64,000 bases of DNA. Origin: Psammoneis japonica. Lineage: Eukaryota. The stretch lies in contig QPGO01000045.1 of the NCBI GenBank assembly GCA_008632985.1, positions 434,001-498,000 on the forward strand. Direction: 5' to 3'. Under the pieces are notes generated by a model. The model ran no database searches. It was not told the origin of the DNA and was given only the letters and a program-made list of their open reading frames with translations. Of the stretch, positions 14,401-27,501 are shown in pieces (position 1 is the first letter of the stretch; each line of letters begins with the position of its first letter). The position numbers were made by a program, and so were the translations under genes.

Positions 14401-14783
14401 TGACATTTGCTCCAGCGTCTGCAAGAGCTTAGATGTCTTCCTCCTTTCCAAACGCAGCAACTGTGCACGAACAATCTGACGCCAACCCAGCAGTTCGGAG
14501 TGCTTGCCACCCCTTGACCGTTTGAAGCAATGCACGAACAGCCGCCAATTTTTTCTCCCGAGCTTGTTCAAGGTCATCACGTGATGACGCCATTGTCTGA
14601 AAACTGCTGTGATGGCGAGAGTTGAAAATTTGACTGTTGCGGCATTTTGAGTTTGTGCTGTCGGATGCTTGATCCGCGCGCACAATGCTTTTGAAAAAAG
14701 AACATCTGCCTGTCGAACCGACCACCACAACAATGAGACTGACAGAGTGACAGACAGCACACATGATGCACGTGCCATGAACC

Positions 14784-15722
14784 ATGAACCATGAAGCAGC
14801 CATGAGCCAGATGCGAGCGGCGCAACCACAATCACAACAACACTCAACAACGACCGAGAAGCATCTGAATGATGACATTGCTGCACAGTGCATTGATGAC
14901 AAGGAACTGCGCGCAGGAGATGTCAGATCTGTGACAGTGAACAACAAACAATGTGCCACCAATGAGGACGATGAAATGAACGTGGACGGCGGTTGTCATG
15001 TTCTTGGTGTTTCTGAGGAGCCTGTCAACAATGGCGTCAACATGGAAGGAGAGAATGCTGAATCAGAAGATGATGAACTCGATTGTGTGAAGGACCATGT
15101 TCAACGAGACGCCGCCATGATGCGAGTGGCTGTGCTCATTCACGCGTGCTTGGTGTTCTTTGTCGGCATTGTCGTTCTCACCATTGTCTTGGCAGTGCTT
15201 GCCATGTCTCAGTTTGGATTCTTGGTGTTTGTGTTTCTTGTGATTGTGGGAGGATTCTTTTTTGGTCTTGTCATGCTCATTGATGGAGCTCTAAAGGATG
15301 AAGCTCAACTCAAGCTGGTGCAAAGAAGAACACACCGGGGGAAGGACTTGGTGACAGCAGTGGCATTGAACGAACTGCAAAACCTCAAAGCTGAGTGGAG
15401 TGAGCACTTTCTGTCAACCAATGGCGTGTCTGGCTGCAACTCATGCGCAGAGGATGATGACCATGACGACCATCCAATGGCCTCAACATCAAAAGCAAAA
15501 ATGAAGAGAAAAGGATGCACTTTTGTTGCACTGAAAAGACACAGGCGTAAAAAAGATGAAAACAAACAGCCACTGGACACTGAGATTCTACTGCCAGATG
15601 GTGAACTCGTGTGGGCTCAGAGAAGTTCGAAAACAGCCAAGCAGCTGCAGCGGCGGTTGGTCGTTGCGCTGCGCTTTGAGAGGTCTAAAAGCACAACACA
15701 GTCAAAGAAGCCATCATGGTAG
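14784..15722 (+). pseudogene. TA-eroded membrane protein gene
   Basis: 312-aa ORF with an acidic N-terminus, two long hydrophobic segments and no Tyr. Confidence 0.5.
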
Positions 15723-15759
15723 AAACTGATGAGCTCATGATGATGACGTCTCTCGAAAC

Positions 15760-16370
15760 CGCGTGCCCACTTGGACCTCTTGTGAGGAAATCATTGGAAG
15801 TGCCCCGTGCTGTTTTGATGATCCCCGTTCGCATGTTCACGAGGAAAATGCCTTGGTGTGGTTCATTGACAGGTTTTCTTCATTGAGCTTGTCTGACACA
15901 ATGGCTGCATTGTTGAACAACCAAGTGACCCAGAAGATTCGATTGAACTCATGGACGAACTCCTCAGTGACGATGCGTTCACAGAGGCCTTGAACAAGGG
16001 GTTGACGGATGAAGGGATTTTGGTGATGCAACTGCCAGCAGCAGCAAAAGCTCCCGATTGTGCAGATGCAGCAGAGTCCAACACGCAAAGCCACAACACG
16101 GCCAGCGTTGCCAGTCAATTAATGTGTGCTGAACTGAGAGCATTCACATTTATGAAGAAGAAATGTCTTCATTGAAAGAGTGGATCCTTCCACCTGAACT
16201 CACTTTTACGCCAGGCGAAGAGCCGCCAGACAGACCAGAACCCCTTGCGCACAGTCACAACATGGCCAGTGTTGCCAGTCAATTTGAAGATGGTGGATTT
16301 GAGAGCACACCTGTCTACGAAGAGGCAACGTTGGATCCTTCCACCTGAATTCATTTTTGCACTGGGCAAC
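15760..16370 (+). pseudogene. Spermidine/spermine-synthase-like (aminopropyltransferase) fragment with a ~165-bp internal duplication
   Basis: GSAPCCFDDPR...WFIDRF, DDAFTEALNKGLTDEGILVMQL and GFESTPVYEE resemble diatom aminopropyltransferase domains. Frameshifted. Confidence 0.5.
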
Positions 16371-16984
16371 GTCTGGTGTCATTTCACGCATGATGGCCAT
16401 GCTCCCCTGTCAGGACAAAGCCACACTGCTGCCAACGAAACCCCCGTCGAAGGCCAAGGATTGGATCAACTTTTTCACAGTGTGTCGGCCAATGTTCAAG
16501 GCGTTTCCACCAATGTCACCACCAACATGGCTCGGAATCATGTCAATTCAGTCGATGGTTGGGACGACGGCACAAGTGCACGCACCATGAGCTCCGACTT
16601 GTTGTTGGGATTGGGGCGGGCTTTTTTGGAATGCTTTCCAGCAACTGCCCATTGCATCGCATCAGCTTGGACAGCATGCGGTGTTGCACTTGTTTGTGCG
16701 GGGATGTCAGCGTGAAATCAGATGAGACGACGAGAGTGTGGATTGTGATGGATCTCTGTTGCGGGCAAATCAGAGTCTTTGAGTTCCAAACCTCAACAAG
16801 AACGACATTGACGACAACACGATCGGCACGCTTTGCTGTGACTTGTGGCACAACACGTCAAAGCTCACGGTTTGAGCGACGGACAGTTTGAGTCTGAAAG
16901 CACTGGATTGCACTGGATTTGAGTGAGATCGAGTTGGAAGACTCAGACATGATGCCTCTTTCCAATGTTCTTTCTGTGAACCGC

Positions 16985-17376
16985 GACGCGTTCCAGCCCC
17001 AGATGGGACTCCGTGTGACATTGGGCCCGCAGAATTCTACGTGCGAGCTCCGTAGCACGAGAATTTAATCAATGGATGTTTTCATCTTCAACATCAAATA
17101 AACGGCCAAGTTTGTGGTGCAATTGTGCCTCTTGCCACTCGACGTTTTTGCAAATGCACCTGCCCTGCGCGATTCTTTAAGACAGTGTAGAATCGCGCTG
17201 TGACAAAAAATGTCAAAAGTTTTTTGGACGGATCGCTCAATGAGTGCACCGTAAAATGACACAAAATGTCAAAAAAATCACGTAGAATTCTACGTGCGCG
17301 ACATACGACGAGATTCAAAAAACTGTCGATGTCACAGTTCAGCAGTGCGAGGTCCCACCTGGACCTGGAACGCGTC
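16985..17376 (+). mobile_element. 392-bp MITE, partly TA-eroded, TSD CCGC
   Basis: Colinear with 13516-13907, with ccgc at 16981-84 and 17377-80. Confidence 0.95.
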
Positions 17377-17892
17377 CCGCACCCTGCGAACGCTGCACCT
17401 CCACGCTGTAAAAATTGTTCAAATGTGTGACATCTGGCTGGTGTGTCGACAATGATGCTGAAACTGTGGACCACTGTCATTTGCCCCCGATTTCCCTGCT
17501 CATTTGGAAAAAAAAGATTGATCCGGGTTCCTCACCCAGAAACCCACAATCCTTTTTGACTTGGACTTCATCAACGAACGTGCTTCGATCAATGCCACAT
17601 TGCCTGTCATGTGTGTGGGCACAATTGACCGCACTGCATGATCGCAGCAACAGAAAGCGCGGTAAAGGGTGGCGCCATAGTTGCAAAATGCCGATGGTCG
17701 ACGCATTGTCACGAGTCACGAGTTGTTTTGCTTGCGAGCAGCGCGAGTGGCGCGTCGGAGGGAGTTTCTGTAGAATCCTACGTATCCTGGTACAAAGCGC
17801 GATGAAGCTCCTTTCAAATTTTTAGTACCAGGTGGACACGTAGTTTTCTACGCTGGTACCATGTCGCGCGCGCTCGGTCATGCATACCCAAC

Positions 17893-17981
17893 AAGGAACC
17901 CGGATCCAACCTTTTTTTTTTATACTAGGTAAGGAACCCGGATCCAACCTTTTTTCAAAAAAGGTTGGATCCGGGTTCCTT
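17893..17981. repeat. Perfect 51-bp palindrome (17931-17981) plus a third copy of the arm (17893-17917)
   Basis: aaggaacccggatccaacctttttt-c-aaaaaaggttggatccgggttcctt. Confidence 0.9.
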
Positions 17982-18151
17982 TTCCTTTTCCAATGACGTC
18001 ATGACACAGGAGAAGGACGGACGGTATGGTCTGGGAATCTGGAACGAAAATCGATCATCAAAATCACGCTATTCAATTCATACAACCATCGCTTCTTTTG
18101 CAACCACTAAAACCATCAACCATCTCCTATTTCTCCCTCTATATAAGCAAC

Positions 18152-20618
18152 ATGCCGTTAACAGAGTCGTCTAGTGAAAAGAAGAAGAAAAAGAAAAAGT
18201 CTTCAAAGCGATCCAACAAGTCTGAGAAACCTCGTCATGATGATCCCGAGCCACAGATCCAAGATCACGAAGTAAATGTTGCGGTTCATCGTGTTCGCTG
18301 TTTGAAGTACAAGCCTACCCCGATTGTAGCAATGGCATCTGCACGTGTTGTTGGAAGAAGACGTGGTCGCATTGAGTCGGAGCAACGGGCACGTGGAATT
18401 AAAAAGTCCGTCTCAGAAATGGCGCACGCTGTCAACCATTCACGGTCAGTCGAATCGTCCAATCAACGCCATGGTCTGGACTCGTTGTTCGAACAATAAC
18501 AACAACACTCTTGTTGGTGCTTCGTCAGATGGTACCTTGTCTGTGTTGGATTGGGAGCAGGGTGTGTCCCGTAGCGTTGTTTCCTCTGGGGGAGGTGGTG
18601 TGCAGTGCTTGGCGAGTCTCTGCAATCACGCCGAAAACAACGACGAGTATAAGACATGCTGTAATCTTTTATTGTCGGTTGCATGGAGACGCATCCCTGG
18701 CAAGAACGACAGTAGTACTGTCTTGTATGCGGCAGTTGCGGCTGGAATCATTCGGCGTTATGATTCTTCATCTTTGGCTGAAAGCAGTATGAAATGGTCG
18801 TCTACGTTACGCATGACGGTGGAATGCTTGGGAACACCCACTCCAACCCTGACGTGGAGTCTTTTGGCCTTGCACGGTGGCGACACCGTCGTGTCGGATG
18901 ATTCCTTGGGTCATGGTCAGTTTTGGAATGGCAAGACAGGAACGCTCATTTCGAATTGTAATCAGAATGATTCTCATGCAGACGTATTGTGCTTGGCGAC
19001 CACGGTGGATTCAAGAGTTGTGTGTATCGAGAAACAACTCCACAAGAATAATTGGATCTTGACTCATGCGCAACGACCGCATACACATGATGTCAAGGCC
19101 ATGGCTGTAGCTCATGATGGCGGTGGCAATTCTCAAGAGTACTTGTGCAGTGATGGTATCGATACCAAGTTGCGTGCCTACAACACAAAGCGAAAAGAGT
19201 TTGCAAAGGATCGTCCCAAAATCATATATCCGTGGCCAAGCGTGTCGCCCATTACGGTGGCGCCGCAAGGCCGAATCTTGGCCTTGATAAGACCTGGATT
19301 CTTCGTCGTCCCTCGTAGCCGATCAAGATGCCGGGGAAAGCTTGTCCACGTTAAACATCAAGAGTACAACAAATCTCATTTGTGCTGCCATGGATTCGGA
19401 CGCGACTTTAATTGGCTGTCTCAGATGCACTGCATGGACTGCTCATATTTCAGCTGGGCATCAACCTACATGACAAAGCAGTGAATTCTAGTCAAGTTCC
19501 GCTGCCGTCGTCCATGAGATTCCCTTGTGTTTCTGTCACTTTCTGTGGTCCGGGTCGACTAGCTTGCGCTACAATTCATGGTAAGATTGTTATCGTGGAA
19601 CTCGGAAAAGACGACAGTGACAAGGTCGTCGTAGAGAACCACCATACTGTCTCTACTGACGACGTGGTAGATCAGAGAATGGGCTTGTTCTCAATCCATA
19701 ATTTCAGCGCCTCGCATGATGGACAATGGCTTGTTGCATGCCAAAATGGTATGAATCAACAAGGACAGATTCAAGTCTTTTCGAAAAATGACGATGGCTC
19801 CTATCAGCATTTATGGACTGTACCGTAACTCGATGTCCCATTTACAATCGCAGATTTTTTGCTTGGAGAGAAGGTACAGTTGATTGTTTCGTGTATCAAC
19901 TGCGGGTTTTATATCTTTGACTTGAAGGAAAAGTCTCTATCAAAATGGAGCGAGAGGGCTGGCTTTCCAATTACGCCGGTTTTGCCTCAGGAACTAGCGA
20001 GTCGTAATGATTACCCAGTTCGATTTGCCTTCAACAAGGCAACTCCCAACAAACTTGCAATGTTGCGTTATGGATTCACCTTGCCATGACAAAGCAAGAA
20101 CGTTATTGCGTCATGCCGGTAAAGGAACTCTTTTTCGTGGCGTGCAGGCTTGTCACCCTTGCAAGATTGACCTGCCCTTATTTTTTTTCGCCCATTTGTG
20201 CAACACGAAAGAATGCACCCGTGGTATAGTAGGGGGCTACAATCCAAAACGACCATGTATCTCGTGAAACGGATATCACTTACACGGTTTCGCTCTTTGT
20301 TTCCTTTATTTTGCAGGGATCGTTTGGCGCCCTTTGTTCTGTTGACTTGGACAAGGCGATACCAAAGCACTGTCGCATTTTCCCGGAAAGGCACGTGCGA
20401 GGGGTCAAACGTCGTAAACCAAACGAACGAAACGACGATTCCCAAAACAAAACAGTTTCTGACCAAGAGACGAACAACTTGACCATTTGCTTACGTTACA
20501 ATAGCGTTCTTCACATGAACTTTCTCGGAGCAAATGAGTTGCTCGTTGTGGAACAACCGTGGCTAAGCGTCGTGGCGAGCTTTCCCGATGCCATGGAAAA
20601 AAACTTTACGGAAGTTGA
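18152..20618 (+). CDS. UTP4: U3 snoRNA-associated protein 4 (UTP4/cirhin, WD40), with frameshifts and a stop
   Basis: VHRVRCLKYKPTPI, DSLGHGQFWNG, RPHTHDVKAM, GIDTKL and C-terminal LLVVEQPW...LYGS*. TAA at 19826-28. Probable intron near 20.06-20.32 kb. Confidence 0.8.
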
Positions 20619-21311
20619 CTTCGTCATGGTTAGTTCTTTGGACGACTACAACATTGAATACGCAAGAACGCAGCAGTGCCCAAACGATAGTGCTCCCACG
20701 TTTGACGGTACTTCCAAATTTCAATCGATCCTTGCAACATCAAAAGCAACCTTCAGTTTGAGCTGCTTGTGTGCCATCATCGGCACGAGCGGCATAGATG
20801 CAGGGGGCACTGCAAGCCACAAAATGAAAAGCACAAACGGTCAGAGTTGCTCACCTACTCGTATTTGCTATCTCGCACTTGCATAGCTATCATAGTTGCT
20901 TGGTTGATACAGACGAACGTGCTGGGCGCTAAAAGGTGAGAAGTAGACAGTGCTGGATCATGCTTTGGCGAACGCAAGACGCAGCGGTATCAATCATTGA
21001 TTGCTCTACGCTTTGATACCTCCTATTCATATATCCCTTGCAACAATGAGCATTCGCCGATTATCTGAACTGGTTTCGTTCATTTTGGTGACTTGACTAG
21101 TAAATAAATGTGGCGACATCACGTGCAGTACGTGCGACTCTCACTCACTTGTTCTGCGTTTCTCCTTTTCTTGGATCCACGCCATTGATCACAAGAGTCA
21201 AGGTGGTAAAGTCTCAGAAAATATGCGAAAAACTGCGGCATGTGCAATGTACCGGTAGCATTATTGTGTTACTAAAGCCACCCTCAAAATTAACATGACA
21301 AATCCTTCTCT

Positions 21312-22179
21312 CTAGAGAAGCTCTTGGTCCTCGAGTATGCCCATTACCTCTTCCGCTAGTTTTTCACCACGCGTAAACTGCAATTCTCTTAGCTCGTCTC
21401 GAACGGACTCGATTGCAATCTTTTGGTACTCGTCTTGGATTAAATTTGCCATTTCAGTTGCAAACGAAGACATTAACGTTCTGTCCAGAAATGTAAAGGG
21501 AGGAGCAAGCAACTGAGCCTCTGTCATGTCTACAAAAATGACACGCCCAGACTCCTTGTCAATGAGAGCCTGGACATCAATAGTAACTGTATTGGCTGCA
21601 AGCATTTGTACCAGGGTTCGAGCAATTTGTTGGATTGCAGAGCGCTGCGCCTCGCGAGTGCTAACTTGCGAGATGCTGGCTACAGCGTTCGGCAGGTACG
21701 GTTATACCAGAATCATCATTCTACCACTGTCAGACTTGCTATCCTTAGCTAAAGAACATTCATACTGTCCCAAACATCGTTCTACTGAACCAACGACACC
21801 CTCTAATCGTCGCAAAGTTTCGCACTCGCGAATCACAGACTTGGTGCTGCCGGCCCAGCTGACTTTGAGCAGCAAATCGCTCTCTCGAAAGGCACAGACG
21901 GCTCCACCAGAGCCGGCTCTAATTAATTGCGGTTGCACAAGTGATGCATGCTCGCCTTTGTTCGTTTTCAATGCAATCGGTTCGTCCTCTGGAAGAGTCA
22001 CGTCGCCGTTCACAAGGTGCCATTCTTGCGCGTTGGATCCATCAGGTGTTGCGGCAAGAATTGCGGCAACAGCAAGCGATCCGAGAAAGCCACGTGCTTT
22101 TTTGAACAAATGAGCTGCTCTGTTGCTCTCAAGGAAGAGGAGGCACCCAACTACTGCAGCACCACCAGATGACTTTCAT
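21312..22179 (-). CDS. Protein-kinase-like hypothetical protein with an internal stop
   Basis: AGSGGAV...LLKVSW...RECETL...VTIDVQ...VDMTEA. ORFs 21702-22109 and 21312-21605 are in frame across TAA at 21702-04. The 5' end is frameshifted. Confidence 0.5.
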
Positions 22180-22999
22180 GTGTAATCGTTGCGGTCAAAG
22201 ACGCTGCTTGATCTTGATGGTTGAAATGACAAGTGATTTTGAATGCGGAGGATGTGTGCGTCATTCGGCTACATCAAGTTGAAGTGACTGACACTTTCTG
22301 ATCTTTGGACAAACACCACACTTGCATGACCCCTTGCCTGACGCAGAGGTCTCGTTGGTGGCACTCTCGGTTGGCCCACACATTGTTGGTGTGTGTTGAT
22401 TGTGTGGAGGAGAGTCAACAAAAAATGGCAAGAGCATCATCTTCATTTTGTTGAGATTGGAGCTAGCAGCAACAGTCAAAGCCACAAACTTGCCAGAGGA
22501 GGAGAAAGCACGGCCCAGGGTGCTGGGAAAAGCAGCGGGTCAAGGGGACCCAGGCAGAAAAAAACTTTTTGACAGCCGGGGAGCTTCCGTGCAGTTTTTG
22601 GCACTGGCCAGATTGGCATGCATGGCCTGAGCTTGCAGCAGTGTGCAGCTCAGTTGTCAAAACAGACAAAAAACAATGAGCCCCCTCTGTGTGTGTTGGC
22701 TCTGTGCCCCCCCCCCCCCCCCCCCGGAAAGAAACAGCCAAATGCGCTGGTTCACAGACTGTTTTTTGGCCAAACTCTCTGCTCAAAAGTGTTCTTCATG
22801 GGCCGCAGCAGCCGGCTGAAAAGACAGCCCTCATGTTGTCTTTTTGGAACAGCTCGCACTCTTGTCAGCTGAGCTGCTTTGCCTTGGAGAGCATGGGCTC
22901 ATTGCATCACACCTTTTTGCAACAGCAGGGTGCACCAAGTGGGCAAGCGCAGGAGGAGCAGGCTGCGCAGTGTGTGCTGCCAGCAGCAACCAAAGGTCG

Positions 23000-24720
23000 C
23001 TGCACCTGTGAGTCAAATTTGCAGCAGCCCTCTGCTGGTCCTCACATGTCAACTTGGCACTGCGCTCCTTCTTTCCAAACCAATTTTGAGCTCAACAACA
23101 GCCTGAGCTGGTGCCAACAAGAGCTGTGCCACAGAGAAAGGAAAAAGAACTTTGTGACCCCAGAAATGTTTGTTGCAGGAGAGTGGAAAACAAGTCCAAA
23201 AGGGTGGGCAGCTGCAGCCAAGGGATGCTGTTGCTTGGGGTCAAGCAGCACTCTGCAAAAAGTGGCCAGGCTGGCTTGAATCAGCAGAGAGCATGAGGAG
23301 TGCAGCCAAACAAGAGTGGGTTGTGGCTCCATCAACCTCAGGTCAGCTGCAAAACAAAGACAACTGCTTTGCAGCAACTTGCCAGCAAAAACTGCTGCTG
23401 CACACAGCAAAGTGCTGCAACAACCTGCCAGCTGATCAGGCGCTGAGATGCTTTCTGGAAACAAAAGAAGTGAGCATGTGCTGGTGGCTTGGTTTGCAGC
23501 CAATGGACAATGCAAAGTCTGTTGCAGAAAGGTGCAAGAAGAGGAGTCAACTTGCTTGGCAAATGACATCAAAAAGATGGACCTCATCCTCCTTTTTGGC
23601 ATTGAGGCATCTCTGGCTGTCACAGAGATCACATCAACAAGCAGCTGAGTTTTCGGGGATGTCTCAAAATGTGCCCACCAACAGATGTGCCAACATGAAC
23701 ATTTGTGCACTTTTGACAATCAGGCATTTTGTCACAAGCAACACCTTTGGCTCAGGAGATGTTGGTGCAGGTTTCTTTGTGACAAACAACTGGAAACAAC
23801 TGTGCTTCAAGACACAACTCATGCAAGAGCCACACCCAACATCCAAGACATTTGAACAAAAATGAGGTGCAACCTCTGTCCCTGCACAGATCCAAATGGC
23901 ATCAGGCACATGGGGTGCTCTTGCATGGCTGTTTTGGCAACACAGCAGGCTTCCAGCACAAGCAGCCAGGTTTCCCATGAGACAGAGTTTGCTTTTTGCA
24001 ATTGGGTGTGCTCCAAATGTCTCCAGTGGCAGGCCATCTGCTGCTCATCTTGGCATCATTCCAAGCAATCACAGTGCATGCTTGCTTGATGAGTCAGCAG
24101 ATGAGATTTGGGCCTGGACCAACGAGCCAAGGCATTTCAACACTGCCACAGCAGGAAACTTTCTCTGACTGGTTGCTGACACGTGGCTTGGGTTCAGACA
24201 AGCCACTGTGCTTTGATGTGACAATCAGCGCTCACAAGCATTGTGCAATGATGGGCAGAGCTGCACAGTCTTAAAAAAACTCCTTTCTGGTTGTCAACAA
24301 GTGCGCTGGCAACAAGAGGAGATTTTGCTCTCTCACAGAACCAAGAGAGAGCCATTTCCAAGAAGCAACGACAAGAGGAGCAAGCAGACCTGCTGGAGTG
24401 GGCACAGGAGAAGAGTGTGCTGAAGTGCAAGTGCCCCCTTGTCACAGATGCCAAGCACTGCTGTTGTCACTCCATTTTTCTTTGAAAGGCAGCTTCCCCA
24501 TGTGAATGGCTTGGAAGTGGCTCGTTCAAAGATGACGCCATTGAAGAGATGGTGCCAGCCATGTTGGCACAAGAAATTCTGCCCAGTGACAGTGCTCATG
24601 TTCTCCAAGTCATTGCAATGGTGTGGCAAAATGTTTGGCAAAAGGATGGGCATGACAGGAAAAGAATGCATGCAAGCATGGGGCCCCTCATTTCAGACAT
24701 CAGAGCTGCTGTTGCTCCCA
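23000..24720 (+). mobile_element. Relic of a non-LTR retrotransposon with an RLE domain (CRE-like)
   Basis: Zinc knuckle CNLCPCTDPNGIRHMGC, then EPR...DWLL...KPLCFDVTI, resembling the C-terminus of RLE-type LINEs. RT not identified; limits approximate. Confidence 0.4.
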
Positions 24721-26549
24721 CTCTCACTCCAAAGCACCCCTCTGGGCTCAGCCACAAAACATTGATTTGTGCTCAACACCAGCATCGCCAAAGAGATGGC
24801 ACGAGCCTTGGCGCCTTTGGCACAAGCAAGAGACTCCTCAGTGTGGCTGCAACACTTCTTTTCCAGGTCAATGCAGCAGCTTCGTTGGATCTTCATGGTG
24901 AGAGAACAAGTGGGAGAAGAGTGTTCACAAGCATCATGAGAGAGGGCTGCTGTGGCTGCTGCTGCTTCTGTTGTCATTCCAAGGTGGTCTCTCCAGCAGC
25001 TCAGAAGTGGCTTGCTCAACAACAAGGCCGCTCAAGAGATGACAGCACCAGAGATTCTGTCCAACAATGAGGCACATGTTCGAAATGCACACAGCAGCAT
25101 TTGTTGAAGCACTTGCAGAAGAACAGATGGATGGCTGCAAAATGCATCCAAGCAAATGTGCCTCTCATTTTGCAGGTGCCAAGCTTCTGTTGTTCCAAGG
25201 CACTTTCCTTTTGGCTTGCAGGCAAGGCTCAGCGCATGTCTTTGGTCTGATGACAGGCAAACAGCTGGGAGAGGTGCGCAGAAATCTTGAGCCATCATGG
25301 AGGTGTTGTGGGTTGTGGGGCAGTTTGAGTGAGCATGGGAAATTGGAGGTGCAGAGAGACAAAAAGAGTGGAGAGAAGAACAGAAGCAAGACGGAGAGCA
25401 CAACATTCAAAATGGAGAGCAACTGGCTTTGCAGAGCCCCAGTTGTCTCAAGAAAAAAAATGAGTTCAGGGAAGTGTTGTGGCCAGAAGAAAGGTGGCTT
25501 TGATTGAAAGGGCTGCAGATGGCAACCTGTTTTGGACTTCTTGCTTGTTTTGTTTTTGCTTTGCAAACTCCAAGCAGATGAGTTGGGTCTGGAGATGAGT
25601 TTTCTGACCATCCCCTGACTCCATTTGCATGACGGTCAATCTCAAGGTCCTGTTGTGTGCCAGCTGTGATGTGAGAGGCGGTGGTGGGGTTGGCAAGCAA
25701 GGGGTGAGCAGCACAGTGTCCACTCCACCCATGATGCCAACTGCACTGCACACGCACACTTGCACTTGATGTTGTGACTCAGCTTTTTGGGGGCATGGAA
25801 AATGCTGAGCCAGAGCCAGCACCAGCTGGTCATGGTTCCTGCCTGCAGAGTTGAGAAGCTGGCAAGCCACAAGCTGTGGACTGGAGTGTGTCGTTTGCAG
25901 CATGTGGATGGGCCCCACCTTGTTTTGGCAAGAAGAAGAAACACATGATGATGGCTTCTTTTGGTGCCCTTGCTGAATGGCCACACTGCATTTTTCTGTT
26001 TTCAGGCTTTGTGAGGGGCAGCTGGAACAATTTTGTGTCAGGTGTGCATGTGTGTGTTTGTGGTTCTTTTTTTGCTGGCTGTGCTCCAGCTCTGTTCATC
26101 TTGTGCTGGCCTCACATGATGATGACGAACAACCAGTGACCTGCCTGATTGTGCTCTCATTGAGCCATTTTGCCAATTTTGAGTTTCAGCATGGGGGCGA
26201 TGCTCGTTGTCGAAGTTTTTTGTTTGTCAGGGGGAAACCACCCTTTTCTGCACTCTTCAACTGGATTTGGCAGATGGACAATCTTGTTGGATGCGCAACA
26301 GATGCGCACACTTGGATTGATGGAGAATGAATGCCAAGCAATGCTTTGCTTCCATTCAATCTGCTTGAAGACTGTGGGAACCCCCCTTGAACTCTCTGCA
26401 GTGACTGTGTCCATGGACTGGTTGACTGCTGGAAAGACGTGCATGGTTTCCAGTCAATTGCCGCTGTGCAAGCACACCCTCCCTTTGATTTTTGACATGC
26501 AAGAACAGTCACAAGTGATGCAATCTTCATCCTGGAGCACAATGGGTGG

Positions 26550-27501
26550 AGGAACTGTGCTCTGTCCTTGCAGATGGGGGCCCAAAGCTGAGGACCAATT
26601 TCTCCAGCTTCTGCCAACACTGTGGCTCCTGCTGTGGCATTTCCTTTTTCTCTTGCGATTCTTGCCGTGACAGTGCTCCTTTCGTCTTGCGTCCTCTTGA
26701 GATCATGGCGATGTCTGTGCCAACTGCATCCATCTTCATCTCCATCATCTGTTTTTTCCTCTGACGTTTTGAGGCTGCAGCTCCATGCTCTCACTGCTGT
26801 GACCAGCAGGCTGGCATCTGTCAAAGGAGCAGGAGCTGCTTTTTCAGATTGAGCAATCATCTTCATCACACGTGCATTGTCAACTGCAGTGATTGGCCGC
26901 CATTGTTGTGTTGCCTGTGTGAATGCAGTGAGCCATCTCTTTGACAGTCATTGTGGCATCAATTCCTGCCTGATGCCGGTCTGTTGTCCATGGTCACCAT
27001 GGTTTTTTGGCATCTGTCGCACCCATGACAATGGTTCCTTGCATCTCCTGGTTGAGGTCCACAAACTTCTCTGCCTCCATTGCAATGATCGCATCGACAC
27101 TGTGGCAGGCATCGCTGCTGATGACCTGCATGATCATTGAGTCACCTTTGATCACTGTTGCCTTGCTGTCAATTCTGCACTTGTTGCTGGTGCTTCTGTT
27201 GAGGTGGCTTTGGCGGTCCTCCTGTGTTCTCATTTGCTGCGTGTGCTTGTTCCTCACTTTTGCTGCACTCTGTGAAAATCCACCTTGATGCGCCAGTCAT
27301 CAACAAGCACATTGTTCATTTTAAAGTGTGCCTCTGCACACTTTTGCTTGCTGGCAAACTCGACAAACACACTGGAGAGATGTGCAGGTCAACTCAGCCT
27401 TGCCATCTGGATCAAAGCACAAAAAAACAAGTTCCAAGTCCTCATCATCCGTCACTGGATTCAAATTGCAGACAAACAAAATTTCTCTGGACCTTTGACA
27501 T
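26550..27501 (-). pseudogene. PPIL4: 3' part of PPIL4/CYP59 (RRM plus low-complexity basic tail)
   Basis: ILFVCNLNPVTDDEDLELVF and AEAHFKMNNVLVDDWRIKVDF match the PPIL4 RRM (EAYFKM). Preceded by the acceptor ttttgcag. Confidence 0.75.

Larger units (their letters stand above)
3600..17760. other. TpA-depleted block 2
   Basis: TA is nearly absent except inside MITE copies. Six-frame ORFs are Tyr-free and rich in Cys/His. Confidence 0.9.

Noticed and set aside
3600..17760. Dense overlapping ORFs in all six frames
   Set aside because: A by-product of losing TAA/TAG stops, not evidence of real genes.
22707..22725. 19-nt poly-C run, possible G-quadruplex
   Set aside because: An isolated homopolymer whose length is unreliable in a noisy assembly.
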